DNA from: Micropepsaceae bacterium
Lineage (GTDB): Bacteria > Pseudomonadota > Alphaproteobacteria > Micropepsales > Micropepsaceae
DNA length: 52,301 nucleotides
Direction of reading: 5' to 3'
Assembly: GCA_035632215.1 (NCBI GenBank)
Contig: DASQHF010000050.1
Coordinates: 1 to 52,301 of the forward strand
A program made the position numbers and the translations under genes. Under the pieces are notes generated by a model. That model saw only the letters and a list, made by a program, of their open reading frames with translations, ran no database searches and had not been told where the DNA came from. Numbering within the stretch: position 1 is the stretch's first letter; each line of letters begins with the position of its first letter. Shown here in pieces: positions 1 through 8,615 of this stretch.

Positions 1-52
1 CGGAGCGGCCGCTTTTCTTTTGGCCTATCGCGCTCTTTAGGTCTTCCTCTCC

Positions 53-481
53 ATGACATTGCATTTGATCAAGCTGTGTGTCGGCGCCGATAGCATCGAG
101 GATCTCGCCGATTGGCAGAAGCGACGCGCGAAAGAGCGCAAGAAGAACGGTGGACCCGCCGACATCATGCATATCACGCGGATGACGCCGAAGCGCGCCG
201 ACGAGCTGCTGTCCGGGGGCTCGCTCTATTGGGTGATCAAGGGACAGATCGCGGTTCGCCAGAGGCTGTTGGAGCTACGGCCGGTGGCGCGCGAGGGCGT
301 GCCCCATTGCGCGCTCGTGCTTGATAAGAAGCTCGTGCCAACCGTTCGCCGGACGCACCGCGCCTTCCAGGGCTGGCGCTATCTCGATCCCAAAGACGCG
401 CCTCGCGACTTGCGCGCAAGCGACAAGGCCAAGCTGCCGGACGCGCTCCGCGCCGAATTGACGGAGCTCGGGCTGCTTTAG
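53..481 (+). CDS. DUF1489 family protein (conserved, unknown function)
   Basis: 142-aa ORF. The N-terminus MTLHLIKLCVGADSIEDL and the overall size match my recollection of the alphaproteobacterial DUF1489 family. Its stop overlaps the convergent panC stop by 4 nt. Confidence 0.65.
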   Translation: MTLHLIKLCVGADSIEDLADWQKRRAKERKKNGGPADIMHITRMTPKRADELLSGGSLYWVIKGQIAVRQRLLELRPVAREGVPHCALVLDKKLVPTVRRTHRAFQGWRYLDPKDAPRDLRASDKAKLPDALRAELTELGLL

Positions 482-1338
482 ATTGCCATGTTGTCGATCA
501 GGCGTGTCGCACCGATGCGCGCGGCGGCGAGCACGCGGGCCGGACGCTTAAGATCGCGCACGGGAAAGAGCGTTTCCGCATCGCGCACAGCGACATAGTC
601 CACACGCTCAAATCCGGCGGCGATCAGGCGCGCGGCACCATGAGTTTCGGCCTCGGGAATGGAGGCCCCCTGGCGAACCCGCACGCCGACCTCGCGCAAG
701 ACGACGTTCAACAGTCCCGCAACCTTGCGCTGCTGCACGTCGAGGTATGCGTTGCGCGATGACAGCGCGAGACCGTCGGCTTCGCGGACTGTCGGTACGC
801 CGACGACCTCCAGCCCAACGCCGAGATTTCGCGCGAGCTCTTTCACGACCAGAAGCTGCTGATAGTCCTTCTCGCCGAACACGGCGAAGTCGGACCTAGA
901 TTGGAGAAACAGCCTGGAGACAACGGTTGCGACTCCGGCAAAGAAATGCGGCCGGAAGTCGGTCTCGAGTCCTAGAGCGGGACCTTTGGGTGCGGCCTCC
1001 GCGACCGCGCCACTAGGGTAAATCTCGCTGACGTCGGGGCCATAGACAAGGTCGGTTTTACCCTGGCCTCGCAGGATCGCGAGGTCGCGCTCGGGATTTC
1101 GAGGATAGCGTCCGAAATCCTCGAGGGGCGCGAATTGGGTCGGGTTGACGAAAATGCTGACCACGACGCGACCGGCAAGTTCGGCCGCCCGCTCGACAAG
1201 TGCGAGATGTCCCGCATGCAGTGCCCCCATGGTCGGGACCAGCGCAACGCGCTCGCCATTCCGACGCCAGCGGTCCACATGCGTGCGCAATTGGGCTGCG
1301 GTCGTCACGACGGCAGGAGTTTCGGAGGGATTTGTCAT
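478..1338 (-). CDS. panC: pantoate--beta-alanine ligase
   Basis: The ORF spans 478..1392. PanC-typical VPTMGALHAGHL and SIFVNPTQF motifs are present. The ATG at 1338 gives 286 aa, a typical length. The GTG at 1392 is an alternative start. Confidence 0.9.
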   Translation of the reverse strand: MTNPSETPAVVTTAAQLRTHVDRWRRNGERVALVPTMGALHAGHLALVERAAELAGRVVVSIFVNPTQFAPLEDFGRYPRNPERDLAILRGQGKTDLVYGPDVSEIYPSGAVAEAAPKGPALGLETDFRPHFFAGVATVVSRLFLQSRSDFAVFGEKDYQQLLVVKELARNLGVGLEVVGVPTVREADGLALSSRNAYLDVQQRKVAGLLNVVLREVGVRVRQGASIPEAETHGAARLIAAGFERVDYVAVRDAETLFPVRDLKRPARVLAAARIGATRLIDNMAI

Positions 1339-1406
1339 TTCGTTCGAGACTAACGCGCGGGCCAGCGGCTGCGCTATCCTCCGTTTAAGCACGAAAGACC
1401 TGGATC

Positions 1407-4400
1407 ATGCCGAACTTGCGCGAAGCCATCTCTGCCGCCTATCTCGCCGACGAGGACGCGATCATCGAGAGCTTGATCCAAAAGGCGCAGCTGACGAACG
1501 CGGAGCAGGCCGCGACGCATGCGCTTGCGACCGAGCTTGTGACGAGGCTGCGTGCCGGCCGCGATACGCGGCAGGGTGTGGACGCGTTCACCCAGGAATA
1601 CACGCTTTCGAGTGAGGAAGGCGTGATGTTGATGTGCCTTGCCGAGGCACTTTTGCGCGTGCCCGATGCGGAAACGCAGGACCGGCTCATCCGCGACAAG
1701 ATCGCGGGCCAGAACTGGGCGGGTCATCTCGGCCGCTCGCAGAGTTTGCTCGTGAATGCATCGACCTGGGCCCTGATGCTCACGGGTGAGATCGTTGGCG
1801 CCGCCGAATTCGAGGGCTGGGATTTCGATCTCATCTGGCGGCGCCTTGTGGCGCGGTTAGGCGAGCCCGTGATCCGCCAGGCCGTGACCAGGGCCGTGCG
1901 CCTGCTTGGCCGCCATTTCGTCCTTGGACGGACGATAGAGGAAGCGCTCGCCGAGGCAAAGCCTCTCAGCGACGAGGGTTATCGCTTCTCCTTCGACATG
2001 CTCGGCGAGGCCGCGGTGACGCAAAATGACGCGGAGCGCTATTTTTCGCATTATCATCATGCGATCGGCGCCATTGCCCGCTCTGTGCCCCGTACGAATG
2101 CGCTGTTCGAGCGGCCGGGGGTATCGATCAAGCTGACGGCTCTGCATCCTCGTTTCGAATACGTACAGCGGCAGCGTGTGATGATCGAGCTCCTGCCGCC
2201 CCTTGCGCAACTCTGCGCCGCTGCTTGCGAAGGCAATCTCTCGGTCGCGATCGATGCGGAGGAAGCGGACAGACTCGACCTCATGCTCGATGTTTTCGAG
2301 GCTTTGGGCGAGGAAGATTCACTCAAGAACTGGAACGGACTGGGGCTCGCCGTCCAGGGCTATCAGAAGCGGGCGCTCCCGGTCATCGAATGGCTGAAGG
2401 ATCTTGCTAAGCGCCAGAATCGTGTGATTCCCGTCCGCTTGGTGAAGGGCGCCTATTGGGACAGCGAGATCAAGCGCGCGCAGGAGCAGGGGCTCTCGGA
2501 TTATCCGGTGTTCACCCGCAAGATCGGCACGGACACGTCCTATCTCGCCTGTGCGCGGTCGCTCCTCTCGGCGCCCGACCGGATCTTCCCGCAATTTGCG
2601 ACCCATAATGCGCACACCTTATCCGCAATCGAAGCGTTCGCCGGCAAGAACCGCAAATTCGAGTTCCAGCGCCTTCATGGCATGGGCGAGGCGCTGTACG
2701 AGCTCTATGGCGCAGTCGCGCGTCCAAGCCGGGTAGGGGCGGCCACGCGCATTTACGCGCCCGTGGGCTCGCACGAGGACCTGCTCGCCTATCTCGTGCG
2801 GCGCTTGCTCGAGAACGGTGCGAACACGTCCTTCGTCAATCGTCTCGCGAACGACAGGGCCCCGATCGAAGAGGTGATCGCTGATCCGGTTCAGGCCTTG
2901 AGCAAAGTTCAATCCAAGCGCAATCCACGCATCTTGAAGCCGGAAGCGATCTTTCCCGGCCGCCGCAATTCCTTTGGCGTTCTCTTGAGCGATCCGGTCG
3001 AGAGTGGCCGGCTGGTCTCGTCCATGCGCCGCGCGCTGGAGGCGCGTGTCCAAGAAGCCCATCCCTTGATTGCGGGCCGCATCCGGGCCGGGAAGCGAAA
3101 GCCGGTTCTGGATCCTTCCGACCATACTCGCCAAGTAGGCGAAATGAGCGAAGCATCCGACGACAATGTCCGCGATGCGTTCCAAGCAAGTGCCGGCGCG
3201 CAATGGGATTGGAACCGTGTGGGTGGGGCGCGTCGCGCCGAGATTCTCGAACGCGCCGCCGAGCTGTTTGATCAAGAGCGGGCGCATCTACTGGCGCTCA
3301 TCGTGCGCGAAGGTGGGCGCACGGTTGGGGATGCGCAGAGCGAGTTACGGGAGGCGATCGATTTCCTCCGCTATTACGCGAAGGAGGCGAGAGAACACTT
3401 TTCTACGCCGCGTCCCTTACCCGGGCCGGTCGGAGAAAAGAACGAGCTTTCGCTTTCCGGGCGCGGGACCTTCGCCTGCATCGCGCCGTGGAATTTTCCG
3501 CTCTCGATCTTCACCGGTCAGGTCTCCGCAGCGCTTGCTGCCGGCAACGCTGTCTTGGCAAAACCGGCCGAGCAGACGCCGTTGATCGCCTCGGCTGCCG
3601 TGAATCTGCTTCATTCCGCAGGCGTTCCTAGGGAGGTTCTTCATCTCGTTCCTGGCGATGGCGCGCGCATCGGCCGGGTCCTCTTGACGGACCAAAGGCT
3701 TTCTGGCGTCGCCTTCACCGGATCGACCGAGACCGCCGCGATCATCAATCGCACGCTCGCCGCCCGCGAGGGGCCAATCCCCATCCTGATCGCGGAAACG
3801 GGCGGTATGAACGCGATGATCGTGGATTCGACGGCGCTGCCCGAGCAGGTTGCCCGTGATGTCCTTTCCTCCGCCTTCAACAGCGCCGGCCAGCGTTGTT
3901 CGGCGCTGCGCGTGCTCTTACTCCAAGAGGACGTCGCCGACCGCATGCTGGACCAGATTCTGGGCGCGATGGATGAGCTTGTGCTCGGCGATCCTTTCGA
4001 GCTTTCGACGGATATCGGTCCCATCATCGATGAGGAGGCGCGTGCGCAACTCGCTTCGCACGCGGAGCGGATGAAGCGCGAAGCGAAGCTGTTGCGGGCT
4101 TTGCCGCTCGCCCCCGGGCTCGAGCACGGGACGTTTTTTGCGCCGCATGTCTTCGCCATCGAATCGATGAGCGTGCTCAAGCGTGAGGTTTTCGGCCCCG
4201 TCCTGCATGTTGTCACATTTGCCGCCGACCGCATGGAAACGGTGTGCGACGCCATCAACGCGAGCGGTTATGGATTGACCATCGGCGTCCACAGCCGAAT
4301 CGAGAGCACGGTCGAGTTCGTCCGCGAACGGGTTCTTGTTGGGAACATGTATGTCAACCGGAATCAGATCGGTGCCGTTGTCGAGGCGCAGCCTTTCGGG

Positions 4401-4538
4401 GGCGAGGGACTGTCGGGAACCGGTCCGAAGGCCGGCGGGCCCCATTACCTTCCCCGGTTTGCCGTTGAACGAAGTGTCACAGTCAACACGGCCGCCGCCG
4501 GCGGCAATGCGGCACTGCTGACCCTCGACGGAAACTGA
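1407..4538 (+). CDS. putA: bifunctional proline dehydrogenase / L-glutamate gamma-semialdehyde dehydrogenase
   Basis: 1043 aa. An N-terminal PRODH barrel region is followed by an ALDH domain with IAETGGMNAMIVD and the catalytic-Cys motif GQRCSALR. There is no N-terminal RHH DNA-binding domain, so this is the bifunctional form. Confidence 0.93.
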   Translation: MPNLREAISAAYLADEDAIIESLIQKAQLTNAEQAATHALATELVTRLRAGRDTRQGVDAFTQEYTLSSEEGVMLMCLAEALLRVPDAETQDRLIRDKIAGQNWAGHLGRSQSLLVNASTWALMLTGEIVGAAEFEGWDFDLIWRRLVARLGEPVIRQAVTRAVRLLGRHFVLGRTIEEALAEAKPLSDEGYRFSFDMLGEAAVTQNDAERYFSHYHHAIGAIARSVPRTNALFERPGVSIKLTALHPRFEYVQRQRVMIELLPPLAQLCAAACEGNLSVAIDAEEADRLDLMLDVFEALGEEDSLKNWNGLGLAVQGYQKRALPVIEWLKDLAKRQNRVIPVRLVKGAYWDSEIKRAQEQGLSDYPVFTRKIGTDTSYLACARSLLSAPDRIFPQFATHNAHTLSAIEAFAGKNRKFEFQRLHGMGEALYELYGAVARPSRVGAATRIYAPVGSHEDLLAYLVRRLLENGANTSFVNRLANDRAPIEEVIADPVQALSKVQSKRNPRILKPEAIFPGRRNSFGVLLSDPVESGRLVSSMRRALEARVQEAHPLIAGRIRAGKRKPVLDPSDHTRQVGEMSEASDDNVRDAFQASAGAQWDWNRVGGARRAEILERAAELFDQERAHLLALIVREGGRTVGDAQSELREAIDFLRYYAKEAREHFSTPRPLPGPVGEKNELSLSGRGTFACIAPWNFPLSIFTGQVSAALAAGNAVLAKPAEQTPLIASAAVNLLHSAGVPREVLHLVPGDGARIGRVLLTDQRLSGVAFTGSTETAAIINRTLAAREGPIPILIAETGGMNAMIVDSTALPEQVARDVLSSAFNSAGQRCSALRVLLLQEDVADRMLDQILGAMDELVLGDPFELSTDIGPIIDEEARAQLASHAERMKREAKLLRALPLAPGLEHGTFFAPHVFAIESMSVLKREVFGPVLHVVTFAADRMETVCDAINASGYGLTIGVHSRIESTVEFVRERVLVGNMYVNRNQIGAVVEAQPFGGEGLSGTGPKAGGPHYLPRFAVERSVTVNTAAAGGNAALLTLDGN

Positions 4539-4594
4539 GGCTTTTCACTTACAATCGGCCACCCGGGGGCGATTCGGGTGGGCAGGGGGATTGT

Positions 4595-5458
4595 ATGAAC
4601 GCTGAGGTGAAGCTCAGTCAAACCGTGAGTGCCAAGGATTCGGCTTCGAAGCGCGGCCATGTCATCGTTTTCGGGAATGAGAAGGGCGGCACCGGCAAGA
4701 CCACAACGGCGATGCACATCGCCATCGCGCTCACCAATTTGGGCAAGAGCGTCGCGGCCATCGATCTCGACACGCGTCAGAAAAGCTTCGCCCGCTACAT
4801 CGAAAACCGCACGGACTTCGTCAGCCGTTCGGGCCACAAGCTTGTTGTTCCCCACGTTCAGGTGATCGAGCGCTCGAAGGCGAACTCCGAGGCCGAGGAC
4901 GCCGCCCGGCTGGAGGCCGCGCTCGCAACGGCGAAGGAGCTCGCGGACTTTGTGGTCATCGATACGCCCGGCAGCGATACGATGCTCTCCCGGTTGGGTC
5001 ATGCGGCGGCCGACACCCTCGTCACCCCGATGAACGACAGCTTCCTCGATTTTGACCTGCTGGCGAAATTCGATCCCGAGAGCCTCGAAATCAAAAGCCC
5101 AAGCCTCTATTCGGAGTTCGTCTGGGACTGCCGCAAGCGCCGCCTGATGGCAAGGCGGGCCAATCTCGACTGGATCGTGATGCGCAACCGCGTCTCGGCG
5201 CTCGAGGCCCGCAACAAGCGCCGCGTCGGGGCCGCGCTGGAGCGGCTTTCATCCCGGGTGGGCTGTCGCGTTGCCCCTGGATTTTCCGAACGGGTGATTT
5301 TCCGTGAGCTTTTCCCCTTGGGGCTTACCATGCTCGACCTGCCCATCACGGGTCTTGCCATGCCGCTCACCATGTCCCATATCGCAGCGCGGCAGGAAGT
5401 CCGGGAGCTATTGGCCATGCTCCGCTTGCCTGGGATAGAAAAAGCCTCCGGCGCCTAG
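4595..5458 (+). CDS. mipZ: division-plane positioning ATPase MipZ (ParA/MinD superfamily)
   Basis: 287 aa. It has the deviant Walker A GNEKGGTGKTT. Long stretches (TPMNDSFLDFDLL, SPSLYSEFVW, VIFRELFPLGLT, HIAARQE) match the Caulobacter MipZ sequence as I remember it. Confidence 0.85.
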   Translation: MNAEVKLSQTVSAKDSASKRGHVIVFGNEKGGTGKTTTAMHIAIALTNLGKSVAAIDLDTRQKSFARYIENRTDFVSRSGHKLVVPHVQVIERSKANSEAEDAARLEAALATAKELADFVVIDTPGSDTMLSRLGHAAADTLVTPMNDSFLDFDLLAKFDPESLEIKSPSLYSEFVWDCRKRRLMARRANLDWIVMRNRVSALEARNKRRVGAALERLSSRVGCRVAPGFSERVIFRELFPLGLTMLDLPITGLAMPLTMSHIAARQEVRELLAMLRLPGIEKASGA

Positions 5459-5473
5459 CCGGCGAGGAGAAAA

Positions 5474-5953
5474 ATGTCTGCGCTGCTTGCCGGGCTCGCT
5501 CTGCTTGCCCTGCTGCTCTTATTGGCGCGCGGTTATACCCGCAGCGATCCCAAGCAGCTGGTCAAAGGCTTTCGCTTTTCCGGCGGCATTCTTCTCGTTC
5601 TTCTGACAGTCGCGTTCATCCTCTTGGACCGTTTCCCCGTCGCGATCCTGAGCGCGGGCGGTGCCTGGGTGCTTCTCTTCCGCACCGTTCCACCCTGGCA
5701 TCGGCCGGACTTTGGCGCTGGGGGCATGGGAGGCGGTGCCGGACAGGGGCAGGAGCGTGGAGGACCGCCGCGCGTATCTATGTCGCGCGCCGAGGCGCTC
5801 AAAGTGCTTGGGCTCGAGGACGGTGCGAGTGAAGACGAGATCCGTGCCGCGCACCGGCGGTTGATCTTGCAAACGCATCCCGACAAGGGTGGAACGAGCT
5901 ACCTCGCCGCCAAGATCAACGAGGCCAAGGATGTACTGTTGCGACGGTCTTAA
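5474..5953 (+). CDS. membrane-anchored J-domain protein (Tim14/Pam18-like)
   Basis: 159 aa. There are three hydrophobic segments, then a Gly-rich linker. The C-terminal J domain reads EALKVLGL...IRAAHRRLILQTHPDKGG and carries the HPD motif. Confidence 0.8.
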   Translation: MSALLAGLALLALLLLLARGYTRSDPKQLVKGFRFSGGILLVLLTVAFILLDRFPVAILSAGGAWVLLFRTVPPWHRPDFGAGGMGGGAGQGQERGGPPRVSMSRAEALKVLGLEDGASEDEIRAAHRRLILQTHPDKGGTSYLAAKINEAKDVLLRRS

Positions 5954-7335
5954 TTGATCTCGGCCGCGAAGCAGGAATCGCCGCGCTGGGCTATCTTCTT
6001 GCAGATGTCGCGCGCCTCGTTCTCGGCAAACGTTCCGAACCGCGCGCGATAAAGCGTATGACCATCGCCCGACGTGTAAGGCACGATGAGTTTCTGAGCC
6101 TGGCCGAGCACATCGATGGCACGCTGCGCATATTCAGCGAGCTGGGCTTCGGCGATCGCCTGATCGGCGTAAACCCCGATCTGCACGGCCCAGCGTTTCA
6201 CGGTGGCGAGGCTGCTGGATTTGGCGGATCCTTTGTCCGCTGCGTCCGATGAAGTCAGCGACAAACTGGGCAGGCTCGCAATCCCTGCCGCCACATATTT
6301 CGGCGAACGGCGAGATCCCTTCGCGTCGGCCGTTTGCACCGGCCGTTTGGCCTGCGTGTCGATGACGGACGCGAGAACATTGTCGTCGCCGGTCGGATTG
6401 GTCGCGGTCTCGGTCATGTGGCCCTTGCCACCGAGCCAGGGCACGTCGGCATCGGCGATTGCCGTCGGATTCTCGTCGGCGTAGTTGAAGGCCGCGGTCA
6501 AGAGCCGCATCATCTCATGGTCGCGGGTCGCAGCGCTTCTGCCGCCCATCACGACGCCCAGAATGTGCTTGTTGTCGCGCACGACCGAACTCACCAGATT
6601 GAATCCCGAGTCGCGCGTGTATCCGGTCTTGATTCCGTCGGTGCCGTTAAAGGCCAACAACAGATTGTCGTGCTGGGCGTAGGTGCGCCCCTGGAACACG
6701 AACGAAGGCGTCGAAAAGTAGTGATAGTATTGGGGGAAATCATAGGCGAGATGACGTCCTAGAATCGCCATGTCGCGAGCGGTCGTGAGTTGCTGCTTGT
6801 CAGGAAGACCGGACGCGTTGTGGAAATTGGTGTTCACCATCCCGAGCTCGTGCGCCTTCTCGGTCATCTCGAAGGCGAAGTTGTTCTCGGTCTGCGCCAA
6901 AGCCTCGGCGATCAGCACAGCGACATCGTTGGCGGACAGCACGGTCATTGCTTTGATCGCGGTCTCGACCGGGACAGGATCGCCGATCTTAAGACCAAGC
7001 TTCGTAGGCTCCTGCTCGGCCACATGAGGCGAGGCGATGAGGAGTGTGTCGAGTTGGATCTTGCCTTGCTCGAGCGCGTCGAAAAGCAGATAGAGCGTCA
7101 TCATCTTGGTAAGCGACGCCGGATAGCGAATCTCGTCCACATTACGAGCATAGAGGATGTGCCCTGTGGCCCCGTCGATAACCAAAGCCGCGTCCTTGTC
7201 AGGCGCGGGGGCAAGTACGATGCGTGGGCGTGGATTTCGAGCAGCCGCCGGAGCCGACGTCGTCGAGGCGACCATCGCAAACGCGGTCAAACAAGCCAAC
7301 GCGAAGCCAAAGCCGGAGCGGCCCCTGTACCTCAT
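5950..7335 (-). CDS. D-alanyl-D-alanine carboxypeptidase (S11) with C-terminal SPOR domain
   Basis: 461 aa with a signal peptide. The serine-PBP motifs SLTK, SAN and KTGYT are present. The C-terminal WAVQIGVYADQ...YRARFGTF...CFAAE segment is SPOR-like. Confidence 0.88.
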   Translation of the reverse strand: MRYRGRSGFGFALACLTAFAMVASTTSAPAAARNPRPRIVLAPAPDKDAALVIDGATGHILYARNVDEIRYPASLTKMMTLYLLFDALEQGKIQLDTLLIASPHVAEQEPTKLGLKIGDPVPVETAIKAMTVLSANDVAVLIAEALAQTENNFAFEMTEKAHELGMVNTNFHNASGLPDKQQLTTARDMAILGRHLAYDFPQYYHYFSTPSFVFQGRTYAQHDNLLLAFNGTDGIKTGYTRDSGFNLVSSVVRDNKHILGVVMGGRSAATRDHEMMRLLTAAFNYADENPTAIADADVPWLGGKGHMTETATNPTGDDNVLASVIDTQAKRPVQTADAKGSRRSPKYVAAGIASLPSLSLTSSDAADKGSAKSSSLATVKRWAVQIGVYADQAIAEAQLAEYAQRAIDVLGQAQKLIVPYTSGDGHTLYRARFGTFAENEARDICKKIAQRGDSCFAAEIN

Positions 7336-7523
7336 GCTTTACAAGTCCTTTTTCGACGCAACACGTTGAACCGGAATGAGACCAAATTGTGTCTCTGCCC
7401 GCAAGGGCAATGTCGCCGAAAAAGCCTATTACAACGGATGTTTACGATAAACTAACTGGCTAAAACCGAGCCGTCTCAGGGGCTTCCCGCCGCTCCCAAC
7501 CGGTTAACATCGTCCCTCACGAC

Positions 7524-7599
7524 AAATTTGTTGCAGTGCAGCAAATTTCCTTGACAAGGCCTCAAATCGCTATCATATAGGCCATGCTGCACTGCAGCA
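7524..7599 (+). promoter_or_regulatory. phasin promoter with two TGC-rich palindromic operators (PhaR-type)
   Basis: A 25-bp near-perfect palindrome AAATTTGTTGCAGTGCAGCAAATTT lies at 7524-7548. A TTGACA -35 hexamer lies at 7551-7556. An A/T-rich -10 candidate CATATA lies at 7574-7579, giving a 17-bp spacer. A 15-bp perfect palindrome TGCTGCACTGCAGCA lies at 7585-7599 and contains CTGC-N3-GCAG. Confidence 0.6.
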
Positions 7600-7621
7600 C
7601 AGATTCGCAACGAGGCAAACC

Positions 7622-8065
7622 ATGGCTAAGACGACGAAAACAAGCACCAACGGTTCGGAGAACTTCGAAACCGCACTGCATACGGGCGCCGAGGCCGTGA
7701 AGGACGGCTTTGAGAAGGCGGCCAAGGGTTATGAGCAATTTGTCACTTTCAGCAAGGACACGGCCGAGGCGATGCTGAAGTCCGCAAACGCCGCCGGCAA
7801 GGGCATCGAGAGCTTCAACAGCGAGGTTTTCGCCTATGCCCGCAAATCGGTCGAAGACAGCGTTTCCGCCACCAAGGCGATTATGGCGGCCAAAAGCGTC
7901 GATGAGGCGATTCAGCTTCAAACTGAATTCGGCAAGAACGCGTTTGAAACCTATGTCGACGAACTCGCGAGATTCGGCGATATGGCCCTGGCTTTGGCCC
8001 GTGAGTCGGCCGAGCCCTTGCAGGCCCGCGTCAGCGCCTTCGCGAGCCTGGTACGCACGGCCTAG
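7622..8065 (+). CDS. phaP: phasin family protein (PHA granule-associated)
   Basis: 147 aa, helical and Ala/Glu/Lys-rich. The FE...A.KG.E....F.K...EA pattern is typical of alphaproteobacterial phasins. The gene has a strong promoter and an intrinsic terminator. Confidence 0.8.
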   Translation: MAKTTKTSTNGSENFETALHTGAEAVKDGFEKAAKGYEQFVTFSKDTAEAMLKSANAAGKGIESFNSEVFAYARKSVEDSVSATKAIMAAKSVDEAIQLQTEFGKNAFETYVDELARFGDMALALARESAEPLQARVSAFASLVRTA

Positions 8066-8094
8066 GCTCCCGCATAAGTTACCGCCATCAAGTC

Positions 8095-8141
8095 AAGGCC
8101 TTGGACGTGCGCTGGCCCGTCCAAGGCCTTTCGCTTTTTTT
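8095..8141 (+). terminator. rho-independent terminator of phasin gene
   Basis: A perfect 13-bp stem pairs AAGGCCTTGGACG (8095-8107) with CGTCCAAGGCCTT (8118-8130). The loop is 10 nt. The stem is followed by TCGCTTTTTTT. Confidence 0.85.
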
Positions 8142-8192
8142 GCGCGGCTCGTAACCTTATGTTGTCAGCAAGGTGTTCTCATCCTTGGGTGA

Positions 8193-8609
8193 ATGCGTTG
8201 GCGCAGGTTGCTTCGTTCGATGAGCTTTAGGATTGAGGTCGCGGGGCCCGGCCCGAGGAATGCGGGACCCACGCGGGGGGGCAACGGGGGCGGAGATGAC
8301 CGCGACGGCCGCGGCATCGGTACCGGCATCGTCACCCGCACCCGGGCCAAGACGAAGAAGCCTTCGCTCTACAAAGTGCTGATCTTGAACGACGACTACA
8401 CGCCGATGGAGTTCGTCGTGCATGTGTTGGAACGCTTCTTCGCCAAGCCACGGGAGGAAGCTGTCCAGATTATGCTCCACGTTCACCGCCACGGGGTGGG
8501 GATCTGTGGCGTGTATACGTTTGAAGTGGCGGAGACCAAGGTGGCGCAGGTGATCGAATTGGCGCGCCGTCACCAACATCCGCTACAATGCACGATGGAA
8601 AAGGAGTGA
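8193..8609 (+). CDS. clpS: ATP-dependent Clp protease adaptor ClpS
   Basis: The conserved core [27 protein letters not shown] is present and the gene sits immediately upstream of clpA. The N-terminus is Gly/Arg-rich low complexity. An alternative ATG lies at 8220. Confidence 0.9.
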   Translation: MRWRRLLRSMSFRIEVAGPGPRNAGPTRGGNGGGDDRDGRGIGTGIVTRTRAKTKKPSLYKVLILNDDYTPMEFVVHVLERFFAKPREEAVQIMLHVHRHGVGICGVYTFEVAETKVAQVIELARRHQHPLQCTMEKE

Positions 8610-8615
8610 CCTGAG

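Noticed and set aside
4571-4575. A GANTC site (GATTC) 20 nt upstream of the mipZ start, reminiscent of methylation-controlled mipZ in Caulobacter.
   Set aside because: A single site in a 57-bp gap has a chance probability of roughly 0.15-0.2, so it is not evidence on its own.
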